From NCBI GenBank assembly GCA_965652255.1, contig CBFGVC010000002.1, positions 1 to 40,201 of the forward strand: 40,201 nt of DNA. The letters are read 5' to 3'. This stretch comes from an uncultured Fibrobacteria bacterium. GTDB taxonomy: Bacteria; Fibrobacterota; Fibrobacteria; UBA11236. Both the position numbers and the translations under genes were made by a program. Below, piece after piece: positions 8,524-17,840 of the stretch (positions are counted from its first letter, which is position 1; each line of letters starts with the position of its first letter). Under the pieces are notes generated by a model that was not told the DNA's origin, made no database searches, and saw nothing but the letters and a program-made list of their open reading frames with translations.

Positions 8524-9009
8524 ATGAACATCTCCCGCGAAAAAGTGGTCGGCATCGAGTACACGCTCAAGGGCGCCGACGGCGCCGTCATCGATTCCAA
8601 CGTCGGCGACGAGCCGCTCTTCTTCCTCCAGGGTTTCGGGACGCTGGTTCCCGGGCTCGAGGCCGCCCTCGAGGGGCGCGCAGTCGGCGACCGCTTCGAG
8701 GTGGAAGTGAAGGCCGCCGACGGCTACGGCGAGTATGACCCGCAGCGGTTGCGCTCCATCCCGCGGGCCAATTTCCCGCAGCTCAAGGACGCGAAACCCG
8801 GCATGATGCTGGAAGCGCGCGGGCCCGAGGGAGTCTCCGCCGTCACCGTCTCCGAGGTGACCGAGACGACGATCGTGATCGACGGCAACCACCCGCTGGC
8901 CGGCAAGGACCTCTTCTTCTCGATCTACGTCTCAGACGTGCGCGAGGCGACGGAGGAGGAGAAGTCCCACGGCCACGTGCACGGTCCGGGGGGACATCAC
9001 CATCATTAG
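8524..9009 (+). CDS. slyD: FKBP-type peptidyl-prolyl cis-trans isomerase SlyD
   Basis: 161 aa. It has an FKBP fold with an inserted flap (VGIEYTLKGADG...GFGTLVPGLEAAL...DGNHPLAGKDL) and a His-rich tail HGHVHGPGGHHHH. Confidence 0.85.
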   Translation: MNISREKVVGIEYTLKGADGAVIDSNVGDEPLFFLQGFGTLVPGLEAALEGRAVGDRFEVEVKAADGYGEYDPQRLRSIPRANFPQLKDAKPGMMLEARGPEGVSAVTVSEVTETTIVIDGNHPLAGKDLFFSIYVSDVREATEEEKSHGHVHGPGGHHHH

Positions 9010-9141
9010 CTGACAGCGCGCAGCGGGTAGCGAACAGCGAAATCCCTTGAGTGGGCTTTCTCCCGGAGTTCCAGCCCCGCTGCCACGACTGGTGGTTTTG
9101 CGTTGACCGTCCGCTGTTTGCCGTCAGCTATCTTTCTCCCC

Positions 9142-10029
9142 ATGCCCTCCTCCTTCAAGCTCGCGGTCGTCCAATGCCGCGGAAACGCCCTTGATCCCGA
9201 GCGCTTCGCGACCCTCGAGCGACTGATCCGCGAGGCCGCCGCCAAGGGCGCGCAGGCCGTCCTGCTTCCCGAGCTGATCCTCCATGATTACTTCTGCCGC
9301 ACCGAGGAGCAGCGCCACTTCGACCTCGCGCACACGCTCGAGTCGGAAGCCTCGAAGGCCTTGCAGGCGCTTGCCGCCGAATTGAAGGTCGCGGTCGTGT
9401 TTCCATTCTTCGAGCGGCGAGCGGCCGGCGTGTACCACAACTCGGCGGCCGTCTTCGACGTCGACGGTTCGCTCGCGGGCCTCTATCGCAAGATGCACAT
9501 CCCGCACGATCCGGGCTTCAACGAGAAGTATTACTTCACGCCCGGCGACCTGGGATTCAAGGCCATTGTCACCAAGCCGGGCAAGCTCGGCGTGCTGATC
9601 TGCTGGGACCAATGGTTCCCCGAGGGCGCGCGGCTCACGGCCATGCAGGGCGCCGACGTGCTGCTTTATCCCACCGCCATCGGCTGGGACGATGCCGAGT
9701 CGGGGGCGGTTCCGGCCGAGGAGGCGAAGGCGCTGGAGGCCCGCCATCTCGACGCATGGATCACCGCGCAGCGCGCGCATGCCATCGCCAACGGCGTTTT
9801 CGTCGCGGCGGCGAACCGCGTGGGCCGCGAGGGACACTTGCGCTTCTGGGGAAACTCCTTCATCGCGGGCCCGGGCGGCGAGATCATCGCCCGCATGGAT
9901 TCGGAGACCGAGGGCGTGATCCTCGCCGATATCGATCTCGCGCGCACGGAGACCGAGCGCCGCACCTGGCCCTTCCTGCGCGACCGCCGCGTGGACGCGT
10001 ACGGAGGCATGACGGGAAGAGGGACGTAG
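9142..10029 (+). CDS. aguB: N-carbamoylputrescine amidase (carbon-nitrogen hydrolase family)
   Basis: ATG at 9142 (MPSSFKLAVVQ). Motifs are LPEL, KMHIPHDPGFNEKYYFTPGDLGF and the catalytic-Cys block VLICWDQWFPE. Confidence 0.88.
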   Translation: MPSSFKLAVVQCRGNALDPERFATLERLIREAAAKGAQAVLLPELILHDYFCRTEEQRHFDLAHTLESEASKALQALAAELKVAVVFPFFERRAAGVYHNSAAVFDVDGSLAGLYRKMHIPHDPGFNEKYYFTPGDLGFKAIVTKPGKLGVLICWDQWFPEGARLTAMQGADVLLYPTAIGWDDAESGAVPAEEAKALEARHLDAWITAQRAHAIANGVFVAAANRVGREGHLRFWGNSFIAGPGGEIIARMDSETEGVILADIDLARTETERRTWPFLRDRRVDAYGGMTGRGT

Positions 10030-10190
10030 GGGAGTTCTTCGCCGGCCATGCTTCGCCGGTTCGGGAAAAGCGGAACGCAGCATTGCTCTATAGTTGCATT
10101 GTCTTCTCCTGGATCCTCCAGAGAACCGATCCCGAAGGATCCCGAACCAACCACCGTCCGTCCGCGGAGAATCCCCATCCCCTGCCGACC

Positions 10191-12050
10191 ATGACCCGCC
10201 TCTCGTCCCTTCTACGCAACGACGCCGTGATCGGATGCGGCATCGCGCTGGCCGCATTCCTGGTTTACCTCCGGACGCTGTCGCCGACGGTCGGATTCAT
10301 GGATTCGGGGGAACTGGCCGCCGCGCAACACGGGCTGGGCATTGCGCACCCCACCGGATATCCCCTGTTCACGATGCTGGGGCGGGCGTTCCTCCTGCTC
10401 CCCTTCGAGGGGCGCGTGATCTGGAAGCTGAACCTGATGACGGCCCTGGTCGCGGCCCTCGCCGTCGCTGCGTTCTACCGCCTGATCCTCTTCGTGCTCG
10501 CCGGCTCCTTCGCCGCGGCCGGGACGGCCTCAGGCAAGGACCGCGTCGCGGCGGGCGCGGCGGCCCTCGCGCTGGCGTTCTCGGTCGTGTTCTGGGCCGA
10601 CGCCGTCCTGCTCGAAGTGTACTCCCTCCATCTCCTGTTCCTCGCCGTCGTCACGCTGCTGTTTCTTCGCTCCCTCGGGGAACCGGGCGAAGCGCGCCCC
10701 TGGATGCTGTTCGCCTTCGTCCTGGGGTTGTCCTTCACGAATCACATGATGACGGTTTTGCTCGCTCCCGCCTTCCTGTACCTGCACTTCGCGACGTTCC
10801 GGTTCGGCAAGGCGTCGTGGCGGCGGATCGCCGTGGCCGCGCCGCCCTTCCTGCTCGGCCTGACGCCGTACCTCTATCTTCCCATTCGCGCGGCGGCTCG
10901 TCCCCTCATGAACTGGGGCGACCCCTCGACATGGGACGCCTTTTGGCGGCACGTGAGCGGGGCCCAATTCCGCTTCTTCCTGTTCCCCTCGACCGAATCG
11001 GCCCTCGAAAAACTGTCCGCATTCCTTCCCGATCTCGCGCGGAGCTTCGGCTACGCGCCCTTGCTACCGGCTGCCGTGGGAATGTGGGCCATGGGAAAAT
11101 CGCGGCCGCGGCTGCTGGTTTTCTCGATCCTCCTCTTCGCCGCGGGCGCGGCCTACCCGGTCAGCTACGGCTTCGAGGATCCCGACTTCGCGTTGAACGC
11201 CTATCCGCCGGTGGCGCTCTGGATCGCCTTCGGCATCCGCTTCGCGATCAACGCCGTCAAGGGAAGGGCGCGGGGGGCGTCCTTCCGGGTCGCGGCGATG
11301 GCGGCGACGCTTTCGTTCGCATTTCCGTTGTCGCTGAACTGGCGCGGCGCGGACGCGAGCCGCGACCACGCCTACGAGGACTTCGCGCGCAACGTCCTCG
11401 CCTCCCTCGACACCGGCGCGATCGTGCTCACCCGGGCCTTCGGCGCCCTCACCTCTCCGACCTTGTACCTGCAGGCCGTGGAGGGAGTGCGGCCCGATGT
11501 CGTGGTCATCCAGGCCGACCTGTTGATGACGGCGTGGTATCCGGCCCACCTCGACACGCGGGATTCCTCCGTCGTCGCGGCTTCGCGCGCGGAGTTCGCC
11601 GCGCTGGGAAGCGCCATCCGGAACGGGGCTCCGGAGAACCTCGTCCACAACCTGTACGGCCGGGTCGTCTTCGAGTCCATCATCCGCAACAACCGCGCGA
11701 CGCGGGCGGTGCACGCCACCGCCGACCTGAACCCGGGGGTTCTCGGCGGAGTGCAGTGGGGAATGATGCACCGCTTCTTTCCGGAATCCACGATGCGGGA
11801 GGGGCCGCCGCCCTTCGATGATCCGGAGCCGCGGTTCCGGCCCATTCCGCGTCGGGACACGCGCAACCGCGTCATACGGTCGCACTACGCCGCATTGTTC
11901 GCCAATCATGCCGTGCGGCTTCTGAACGCCGGGGATTCGACGGGAGCCATCGAACGGTTCCGGATCGCGGCGGCCCTCGAGCCCGAACGGCCGGCGCTGG
12001 CCGCGCGCCTACGGGAGCTCGAGGCCGCGCGTTCCGCCTCGGTGCGATGA
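10191..12050 (+). CDS. DUF2723 (glycosyltransferase-117/TMEM260-like) polytopic membrane protein with C-terminal TPR-like tail
   Basis: The ATG at 10191 (MTRLSSLLRND) lies within ORF 9612..12050. The N-terminus reads LRTLSPTVGFMDSGELAAAQHGLGIAHPTGYPLF, followed by many TM segments. Confidence 0.82.
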   Translation: MTRLSSLLRNDAVIGCGIALAAFLVYLRTLSPTVGFMDSGELAAAQHGLGIAHPTGYPLFTMLGRAFLLLPFEGRVIWKLNLMTALVAALAVAAFYRLILFVLAGSFAAAGTASGKDRVAAGAAALALAFSVVFWADAVLLEVYSLHLLFLAVVTLLFLRSLGEPGEARPWMLFAFVLGLSFTNHMMTVLLAPAFLYLHFATFRFGKASWRRIAVAAPPFLLGLTPYLYLPIRAAARPLMNWGDPSTWDAFWRHVSGAQFRFFLFPSTESALEKLSAFLPDLARSFGYAPLLPAAVGMWAMGKSRPRLLVFSILLFAAGAAYPVSYGFEDPDFALNAYPPVALWIAFGIRFAINAVKGRARGASFRVAAMAATLSFAFPLSLNWRGADASRDHAYEDFARNVLASLDTGAIVLTRAFGALTSPTLYLQAVEGVRPDVVVIQADLLMTAWYPAHLDTRDSSVVAASRAEFAALGSAIRNGAPENLVHNLYGRVVFESIIRNNRATRAVHATADLNPGVLGGVQWGMMHRFFPESTMREGPPPFDDPEPRFRPIPRRDTRNRVIRSHYAALFANHAVRLLNAGDSTGAIERFRIAAALEPERPALAARLRELEAARSASVR

Positions 12051-12227
12051 TGCCGAAGGCCGCCGGGGAATCCTTGTCGAAAGTCCGTCCCGCCCCCCTT
12101 CACCGTGTTTTCGTATAACTTTGACGACGTTCCGTTTCCCTTCGATCTTTTCCCGTGTTCCTCCCGTTGCCGCAGGCATGAGGCCGCGTGTCGGCCGAAT
12201 CACCCGAACCCCCAAAGCGTTGACTCG

Positions 12228-13256
12228 ATGACTTCCTTCTTCCTTCCCCCCGAGTGGGCGCCGCAGCGCGCCGTGTGGTTCACTTGGCCGCAGAACGCCG
12301 ACACCTGGACGCCCGTGTGGGAGGAGGCGCGCAAGGCGTACGAAACCGTGATCGGGCACGCGCTGCGGTTCCAGGACGTCGTGCTCACGGCCTCGACTCC
12401 GGAGTTGAAGGCGGAGCTGGAAGGGCGGCTCGCGTCCGCGCGCGCGGGCAAGCCGCACGCGCTCGAGATCGTGGTATGCCCCACCAACGACAGCTGGATC
12501 CGCGACTACGGCGGCCAGACGGTGCGCGCGCACGAAGCCGACGGCAAAATGCGGCCGGTGATGCTGAACTTCGGGTTCAATTCGTGGGGCGGCAAGTATC
12601 CGCCTTGGGACGCCGACAACGCCGTGCCGATCTTCATGGCCGCGCACCGGGGTTATGAGCGCGTGGACGTTCCCCTCGTCCTCGAGGGCGGATCCATCGA
12701 CGTGAACGGCGAGGGGTTATTGCTCACCACCGAGTCCTGCCTTCTCAATCCCAACCGCAATCCGTCGTACTCGAAGGAACAGATCGAGGAGACGCTCAGG
12801 CAGGCCTTCGGCCTGCGCGAGGTCCTCTGGCTGGAGTCGGGCATCGACGGCGACGACACCGACGGCCATATCGACGACCTCGCGCGCTTCACCGACGCGC
12901 GCACCGTGGTGTGCGCGGTCGAGTCCGATCCCGCGGACGAGAATTGCGACGTCCTGTGCCGCAACGCGGAGCGGTTGAAGGAATACGCGGGGAGACTGGG
13001 CCTGCGGGTGATCGAGGTGCCCATGCCCGGCAGGCAAATCCGCGCGGGCCTGCGCACTCCGGCGACTTACATGAACTTCCTGATCCTCAACGGGGCGGTG
13101 CTTTTGCCCGTGTTCGACGACCCGCGCGACGCGGCGACGATCGAGCTGTTCAAGGACCTGTTCCCCGGGCGCGAGATCGTACCGGTGGACTGCCGGGCGC
13201 TGGTCTACGGCCAGGGAGCGATACACTGCAGCAGCATGCAGGAGGCGAGGATTTGA
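12228..13256 (+). CDS. aguA: Agmatine deiminase
   Basis: ATG at 12228 (MTSFFLPPEWAPQRAVWFTWP). Motifs are WIRDYGG, GGSIDVNGEG, DGHIDDLARF and the C-terminal catalytic GAIHCSSMQ. Confidence 0.92.
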   Translation: MTSFFLPPEWAPQRAVWFTWPQNADTWTPVWEEARKAYETVIGHALRFQDVVLTASTPELKAELEGRLASARAGKPHALEIVVCPTNDSWIRDYGGQTVRAHEADGKMRPVMLNFGFNSWGGKYPPWDADNAVPIFMAAHRGYERVDVPLVLEGGSIDVNGEGLLLTTESCLLNPNRNPSYSKEQIEETLRQAFGLREVLWLESGIDGDDTDGHIDDLARFTDARTVVCAVESDPADENCDVLCRNAERLKEYAGRLGLRVIEVPMPGRQIRAGLRTPATYMNFLILNGAVLLPVFDDPRDAATIELFKDLFPGREIVPVDCRALVYGQGAIHCSSMQEARI

Positions 13257-13345
13257 AACATGAAATCAGAAATCGGAAATATGAAAGAACACAAAGGGGC
13301 ACGCGCTGTTCACGTGTTGGATTTCTGATTTCATATTTCTGATTT
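13257..13345. terminator. AT-rich imperfect palindrome at the convergent aguA/trpF junction
   Basis: Left arm atgaaatcagaaatcggaaatatgaaag, right arm ttctgatttcatatttctgatttctgatc. Both are built from gaaatca/gaaatat short repeats. The right arm overlaps the last codons of trpF. Confidence 0.55.
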
Positions 13346-13987
13346 CTGATCTTCAAGGATTTCCAGACACAGCCTCACCATCCCCGCGTCCTTCTCCCCC
13401 GGCGCGGTCTCGACGCGGCTGTTGAGGTCGAAGGCGAAGGGCCGCGCCACGCGCGCGGCGTCCGCGACGTTCTCCGGGCCGATCCCTCCCGCGAGGAAGA
13501 ACGGGACCGGGAAGTTCGCCGAACGAAGGCTCGTCCAGTCGAACACCGCCCCCGTCCCGCCGAATCCCTTTTCCGTCTTCGTGTCCACCAGAAACCATTG
13601 CGGCTGCTTGCCGGGATGCTTGTCCCAATCCGGCTTGAGCCCGCCCCAGTCGGCGATGCGGTCCTGCGGGATGGCCTTGATCACGGGCAGGTCCACGCGG
13701 GAGAGGGTATCCCACCCCTCGGAGCCGTGAAGTTGCGCGATACGAATGCCCGTCAACCCGGCGATGCGGTTGACTTCCTCGGCGGAGTGGTCCACGAAGA
13801 CGCCGACGGGCGTCGCGTGCCGCAGCGAGGCGATGAGGGGCGCGGCCTTTTCAGGGGCGATGTAGCGTTTGCTGCCGGGCCAGAAGTTGAAACCCAGCCA
13901 GTCCACGGAAGCGTCCATGGCGCGGGCGTCCTCGGCTCGCGTGATCCCGCAAACCTTGACCTTCGCGCGGAGGCTGGACCCGGCCAT
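13331..13987 (-). CDS. trpF: N-(5'-phosphoribosyl)anthranilate isomerase
   Basis: ATG at 13987 (MAGSSLRAKVKVCGITRAEDA). The LGFNFWPGSKRYI, QLHG and FLAGGIGPENV blocks are present. The longer ORF to 14470 overlaps the upstream gene. Confidence 0.9.
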   Translation of the reverse strand: MAGSSLRAKVKVCGITRAEDARAMDASVDWLGFNFWPGSKRYIAPEKAAPLIASLRHATPVGVFVDHSAEEVNRIAGLTGIRIAQLHGSEGWDTLSRVDLPVIKAIPQDRIADWGGLKPDWDKHPGKQPQWFLVDTKTEKGFGGTGAVFDWTSLRSANFPVPFFLAGGIGPENVADAARVARPFAFDLNSRVETAPGEKDAGMVRLCLEILEDQKSEI

Positions 13988-13988
13988 C

Positions 13989-14480
13989 TCAAAACTCCAG
14001 CAGCGCGCCGCCGCGGACCACGAGGCCGCCGCGCCCGTCGAAACCTTCGTACTCGCAGCCGAGCAGGAGGCTCGAGCGGCGTCCGTTCTTGATGTCGAGG
14101 AGCCCTCCTCCGCGCCACAGGAATCCGCCGCCTTCGCCGAGCGCCATGCCGATGCCGCCCGTGGCGGCCGGCACGAAGACGCGGCCGAAGGGCAGGCGCA
14201 TGAAGCCCGCGGCGAGCACGGGAACCAGCGTCGGTTTCCCGGCCACGCCCTGGCCCGTTTGCACGCCCAGGAGCACTTGCTGGTCGTAGCGGCTGTAGAT
14301 CGAGACGTTGTAGCCGAAGCCGGATCCCTCGAAGTCGGGGCGGCTTTGCAGGCCCAACGTTCCCGCGACCGCAAGGGGCGGAAGCGCGCGAACATCGGCG
14401 GCGAGGAGGGCGATGAGGAAAACCGGGGCGAGAATCGAGGCGAAGCGCACGGGGGGAATAATAGCCTCACCCCGCGCCAT
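13989..14480 (-). CDS. Small outer-membrane beta-barrel-like protein (hypothetical)
   Basis: The ATG at 14480 gives the signal-like MARGEAIIPPVRFASILAPVFLIALLAADVRA. The sequence has alternating Gly/aromatic beta-strand character and a C-terminal ...GGALLEF, with a terminal Phe typical of OM barrels. The stop lies 1 nt before the trpF start. Confidence 0.55.
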   Translation of the reverse strand: MARGEAIIPPVRFASILAPVFLIALLAADVRALPPLAVAGTLGLQSRPDFEGSGFGYNVSIYSRYDQQVLLGVQTGQGVAGKPTLVPVLAAGFMRLPFGRVFVPAATGGIGMALGEGGGFLWRGGGLLDIKNGRRSSLLLGCEYEGFDGRGGLVVRGGALLEF

Positions 14481-14491
14481 CGGCGGCGGCG

Positions 14492-15838
14492 CTACTTCCC
14501 GATGCAAAACCCCGCGAAGAGCCGGTGCAGCACGTCGTCGGCGCTGATGTCGCCGAGCAGTTCCCGCAGCGCCAGGCACGCCTCGCGCACCTCGAAGGCC
14601 AGGATCTCCACTGCGGGCTTGCCACGCAAGTGCTCCTCCGCCGCCAGCAGCCGGTCGCGCGCGCGCTCGAGACCTTCGCGCTGGCGCTCGGTCACCGCCA
14701 CGGCCTCATCCCCGGCGTCGCCGCCGCCCGCGCCTTGGCCGGCGAGTCGCCGTTCCAGCTCCTGCAGCAGGCCGGGGATGCCCTCGCCCGTGACGCTTGA
14801 AACGGAATGCCAGCCCGCGCGCGACACGAATCCGGGTTTGTCGCCCTTGGTCAGCACGCGAAGGTCGGCGGGGGATCCTTCCGCATCCTTCCCCTCTCCG
14901 GTTTCCTTCGCCATCGTGCCATCCTGCACGTGGATGCGGAGGTCGGCCTCGGCGAGCTGCAGGCGCGTGCGCTCCATCGCGCGCTCATCGAGCGCGTCCA
15001 CGGGCGTCCCGAGACCGGCGGTGTCGACAAGTTCCGCGAGCGCCCCGCCCGGCCCTCCCAGGCGAAGCGGAACGTCGACGAAGTCGCGCGTGGTGCCGGC
15101 GATCTCGGAGACCAGGAGACGGTCGCGACCCGTCAGGGCGTTGACGAGGCTCGACTTGCCCGCGTTGGGCGGGCCGAACACCACCACGCGCGGCGCGCGG
15201 TTCCACGCCCGCCCGCGCTCGAACCCGCGCAGAAGCGCTTCCACTTCCGCGCGCGCTTCCGCCACGCGCGGCGCCCACGACGCGAAGTCGGGATCGGCCT
15301 CCTCCTCGGCGAAGTCGGCGTCGAGCTCGAGGCGCGCCGAGAGGTCGAGCAGCCTGTCGCGCAGGGCGCGCAGGCGGCCCGAGAGCTCGCCTTCGAGGAG
15401 GCGCAAGGCGTTGCGCAGCGCCGCGCGCGACTGCGCGTGCACGAGGGCGGCCACGCCTTCGGCCTGAACCAGGTCCACGCGGCCGTTCTCGAAGGCGCGG
15501 CGCGTGAACTCGCCCGGCCCCGCCATGCGCACCCCGGGGTGCGAAAGCAAGGCGCGGAGGATCGCCTCCACGATCAGCGGATTGCCGTGCGGAAAGATCT
15601 CGAGCACGTCCTCGCCCGTGGGCGAGGCGGGGCCGGGCAGCAGGTGGAAGGCCAAGTGGTCGAGGACTTCGCCCGAACGCGGGTCGGTGAAGGCGGCCGC
15701 GTGCAGCACTCGCGGCTTCCAGTCGCCTCGGCCCAGAAAGACCCGCGCGGCTTCCGCGCAGGCGGGGCCCGAGAGGCGGACCACCGCCAGCCCCGAGACG
15801 CCAGGGGGCGTGGAGAGGGCGAGGATGGTGTCGGTCAT
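14492..15838 (-). CDS. mnmE: tRNA uridine-5-carboxymethylaminomethyl modification GTPase MnmE
   Basis: MTDTILALSTPPG start at 15838. The alternative ATG at 15871 adds 11 aa encoded by a ggctgat heptamer repeat. The G-domain has GPPNAGKSSL and DTAG, and the C-terminus is FCIGK. Confidence 0.95.
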   Translation of the reverse strand: MTDTILALSTPPGVSGLAVVRLSGPACAEAARVFLGRGDWKPRVLHAAAFTDPRSGEVLDHLAFHLLPGPASPTGEDVLEIFPHGNPLIVEAILRALLSHPGVRMAGPGEFTRRAFENGRVDLVQAEGVAALVHAQSRAALRNALRLLEGELSGRLRALRDRLLDLSARLELDADFAEEEADPDFASWAPRVAEARAEVEALLRGFERGRAWNRAPRVVVFGPPNAGKSSLVNALTGRDRLLVSEIAGTTRDFVDVPLRLGGPGGALAELVDTAGLGTPVDALDERAMERTRLQLAEADLRIHVQDGTMAKETGEGKDAEGSPADLRVLTKGDKPGFVSRAGWHSVSSVTGEGIPGLLQELERRLAGQGAGGGDAGDEAVAVTERQREGLERARDRLLAAEEHLRGKPAVEILAFEVREACLALRELLGDISADDVLHRLFAGFCIGK

Positions 15839-15873
15839 GGCTGATGGCTGATGGCTTGGTGCCCGTGACATAC

Positions 15874-15960
15874 CATCACGGCATCACGGCAACACAACAA
15901 TGGAACGCGCCATGGAACGTGACTTTTGTGTTCATGTTGCCGTGATGTTGTGATGCCGTG
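15874..15960. repeat. Imperfect ~30-bp inverted repeat between yidC and mnmE
   Basis: The left arm ccatcacggcatcacggcaacacaaca and right arm tgtgttcatgttgccgtgatgttgtgatgccgtg flank a ~25-nt centre. The arms contain catcacgg short repeats. It may be a yidC terminator or an mnmE leader structure. Confidence 0.55.
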
Positions 15961-15998
15961 CTGCCTTCGCGTTGCTCCGGGCTCGGGCCGCCTTCCCG

Positions 15999-17828
15999 TT
16001 ACTTCCCCTTCTTCTTCCCCGCCTTCGACGGCGCGGGAGAGATCGACGAGGGCTTCAGGGCCGCGCCCGTGCCCGCGCCCGGCGCGGGCGGCTTCACCGT
16101 GCCGAACACCTTGGTCTGTCCGATGGTGAACACGTTGGAGACGGTCCAGTACAGCACGAGGCCCGAGGGGAAGGAGCCCGAGAACACGAAGAGGATGACG
16201 GGCATCAGCCAGATCATCGCCTTCTGGTTGGGGTCCTTGATGGTGAGTTTCATCTGGATCCACATGGTGGCGGCCATCAGGAACGGCAGCACGGTGAGGC
16301 CAACGGGGAAGATGTAAGGGACCTTGAAGCCCGCCCAGATCACGTCGGGACGCGAAAGGTCCGAGATCCACAGGAAGAAGGGCGTCTCGTGCAGCTCCAC
16401 CGCGCGCCCCAGCACGTTGAACAGGGCGATGAACACGGGCATCTGCAAAAGCAGCGGGAAGCAGCCCAGCACCGGCGCCATGGGGTTGATCCCCTGCTGG
16501 CGGTAGTAATCCATGATCGCGACCTGCATCTTCTGCCGCTCGCCCTTGAACTTCTCCTGGATCTTGCGGATCTCGGGCTGGTGCACCGCCAGCTTCGCGG
16601 CCTGCCGCGTCTGGTTGATCGAGAGCGGCAAGGTGATGAACCGGACCAGCAGGGTCAGCAGGATGATGGCGATCCCGTAATTGGGAATCCACGAGTAAAA
16701 CATGTTCAGGAGGTTCAGCACCAGCCCGCACAGCTTCACGTACCACACGTCGGCGCGCAGGAACCACTCCCACCCCGTGAACAGGATCTGCTCGTAGTTG
16801 CGGTCCAGCGCCTTGAGGCTCTTGTACTCAAGCGGCATCACGCGCACGTCGAAGTTGAGCGCCGCCCTTTCGTCACCCCCGCCGGCGACGCGCAGCGCGT
16901 AGCGGTGCGGCGCGCCCTTGGGCAGGCCCGGGTCGGTGGATCCCGTCGCGTCGAGGCGGTCCTGCACGCTCCTGCCGAAGTCGAGCACCACGGCCACGTA
17001 CTTGCGGCGCATGCCCACCCAGCGCAGCACGCCGCTTTGCGCGTTGAACGACTTCTCTCCCAGGAACGACTCGCGCTGCGCGCTCGTGCCGTTGTCGAAC
17101 ACCACTTCGCTGAAGTAGGTCGCCGTGAGCCCGATGCCCGTCCCCTCGGTGAAGCGGTCGGTCTCCTCGAGGCCCCCGTTCCATTCCAGCGCGTAGCTGC
17201 GGATCGCGCCCTCGGGCGCGATGAAGGCATGGCCGATATGCGCCTGCCCGGGAGCGAACGTGTAGGACCGCGTGACCGGGATCCCTCCCGGAAGCGACGT
17301 GGAGAAGGTCACCGTCACCGGCAACGAGTCGGCCCTGAGGTAATCCTCCCCCGTCGAGACGCTCCAGACGACGTCGGAGAGGTCGCTCCCGTTCAGCGAC
17401 AAGGTGAGCGCGCCTTCGCTCTCGGGGCGGATCAGCACCGGGTTGTACGGCTCCTTGCCGCCCACCTCCGGCACGCGCAACTCCGCGATGCGCGCTCCGC
17501 GCGCGTCGAGCACCGCGGTGAAACCGTCGGCCTGCACCGTGATCGCGCGGGCTTCCGAGGCTTCCGCCTCCGCGCTGCGCGTCCCCGCAGCCGCCTGCAG
17601 CCCGGCCTCGCGCGGCTCCCTCGCCGCGCCGATCGTCGGCGTCTTCTCCGGGGCCGGCGCCAGGCGCGCCGGATCGGCCTCGCGCGCGTCTTCCCGCGCC
17701 AGCGAATCCGCCGCGAGCAGCTGTTCCCTCTGTTCCTGCAGTTGGCGCGCCTGATGGCTCTTGTACTGCGTCCAACCGAGGAACAGCGCCATCAGCAGCG
17801 CCCAGCCGAGAATGAGGTTGCGGGTCAT
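15999..17828 (-). CDS. yidC: Membrane protein insertase YidC
   Basis: 609 aa. It has an N-terminal TM, a large periplasmic domain and the conserved C-terminal core (NYGIAIILLTLLVRFITLPL...MQVAIMDYYRQQGINPM...PSGLVLYW). An AGGAG RBS precedes the ATG. Confidence 0.95.
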   Translation of the reverse strand: MTRNLILGWALLMALFLGWTQYKSHQARQLQEQREQLLAADSLAREDAREADPARLAPAPEKTPTIGAAREPREAGLQAAAGTRSAEAEASEARAITVQADGFTAVLDARGARIAELRVPEVGGKEPYNPVLIRPESEGALTLSLNGSDLSDVVWSVSTGEDYLRADSLPVTVTFSTSLPGGIPVTRSYTFAPGQAHIGHAFIAPEGAIRSYALEWNGGLEETDRFTEGTGIGLTATYFSEVVFDNGTSAQRESFLGEKSFNAQSGVLRWVGMRRKYVAVVLDFGRSVQDRLDATGSTDPGLPKGAPHRYALRVAGGGDERAALNFDVRVMPLEYKSLKALDRNYEQILFTGWEWFLRADVWYVKLCGLVLNLLNMFYSWIPNYGIAIILLTLLVRFITLPLSINQTRQAAKLAVHQPEIRKIQEKFKGERQKMQVAIMDYYRQQGINPMAPVLGCFPLLLQMPVFIALFNVLGRAVELHETPFFLWISDLSRPDVIWAGFKVPYIFPVGLTVLPFLMAATMWIQMKLTIKDPNQKAMIWLMPVILFVFSGSFPSGLVLYWTVSNVFTIGQTKVFGTVKPPAPGAGTGAALKPSSISPAPSKAGKKKGK

Positions 17829-17840
17829 GCGGGAATTCTC

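Noticed and set aside
9612-10190. The 5' extension of the DUF2723 ORF (812-aa version).
   Set aside because: It overlaps aguB out of frame and is Arg/Gly-rich. The membrane-protein homology begins at MTRLSS (10191).
13988-14470. The 5' extension of the trpF ORF (379-aa version).
   Set aside because: It overlaps the OM-barrel gene. TrpF homology starts at MAGSSLRAKVKVCGI (13987).
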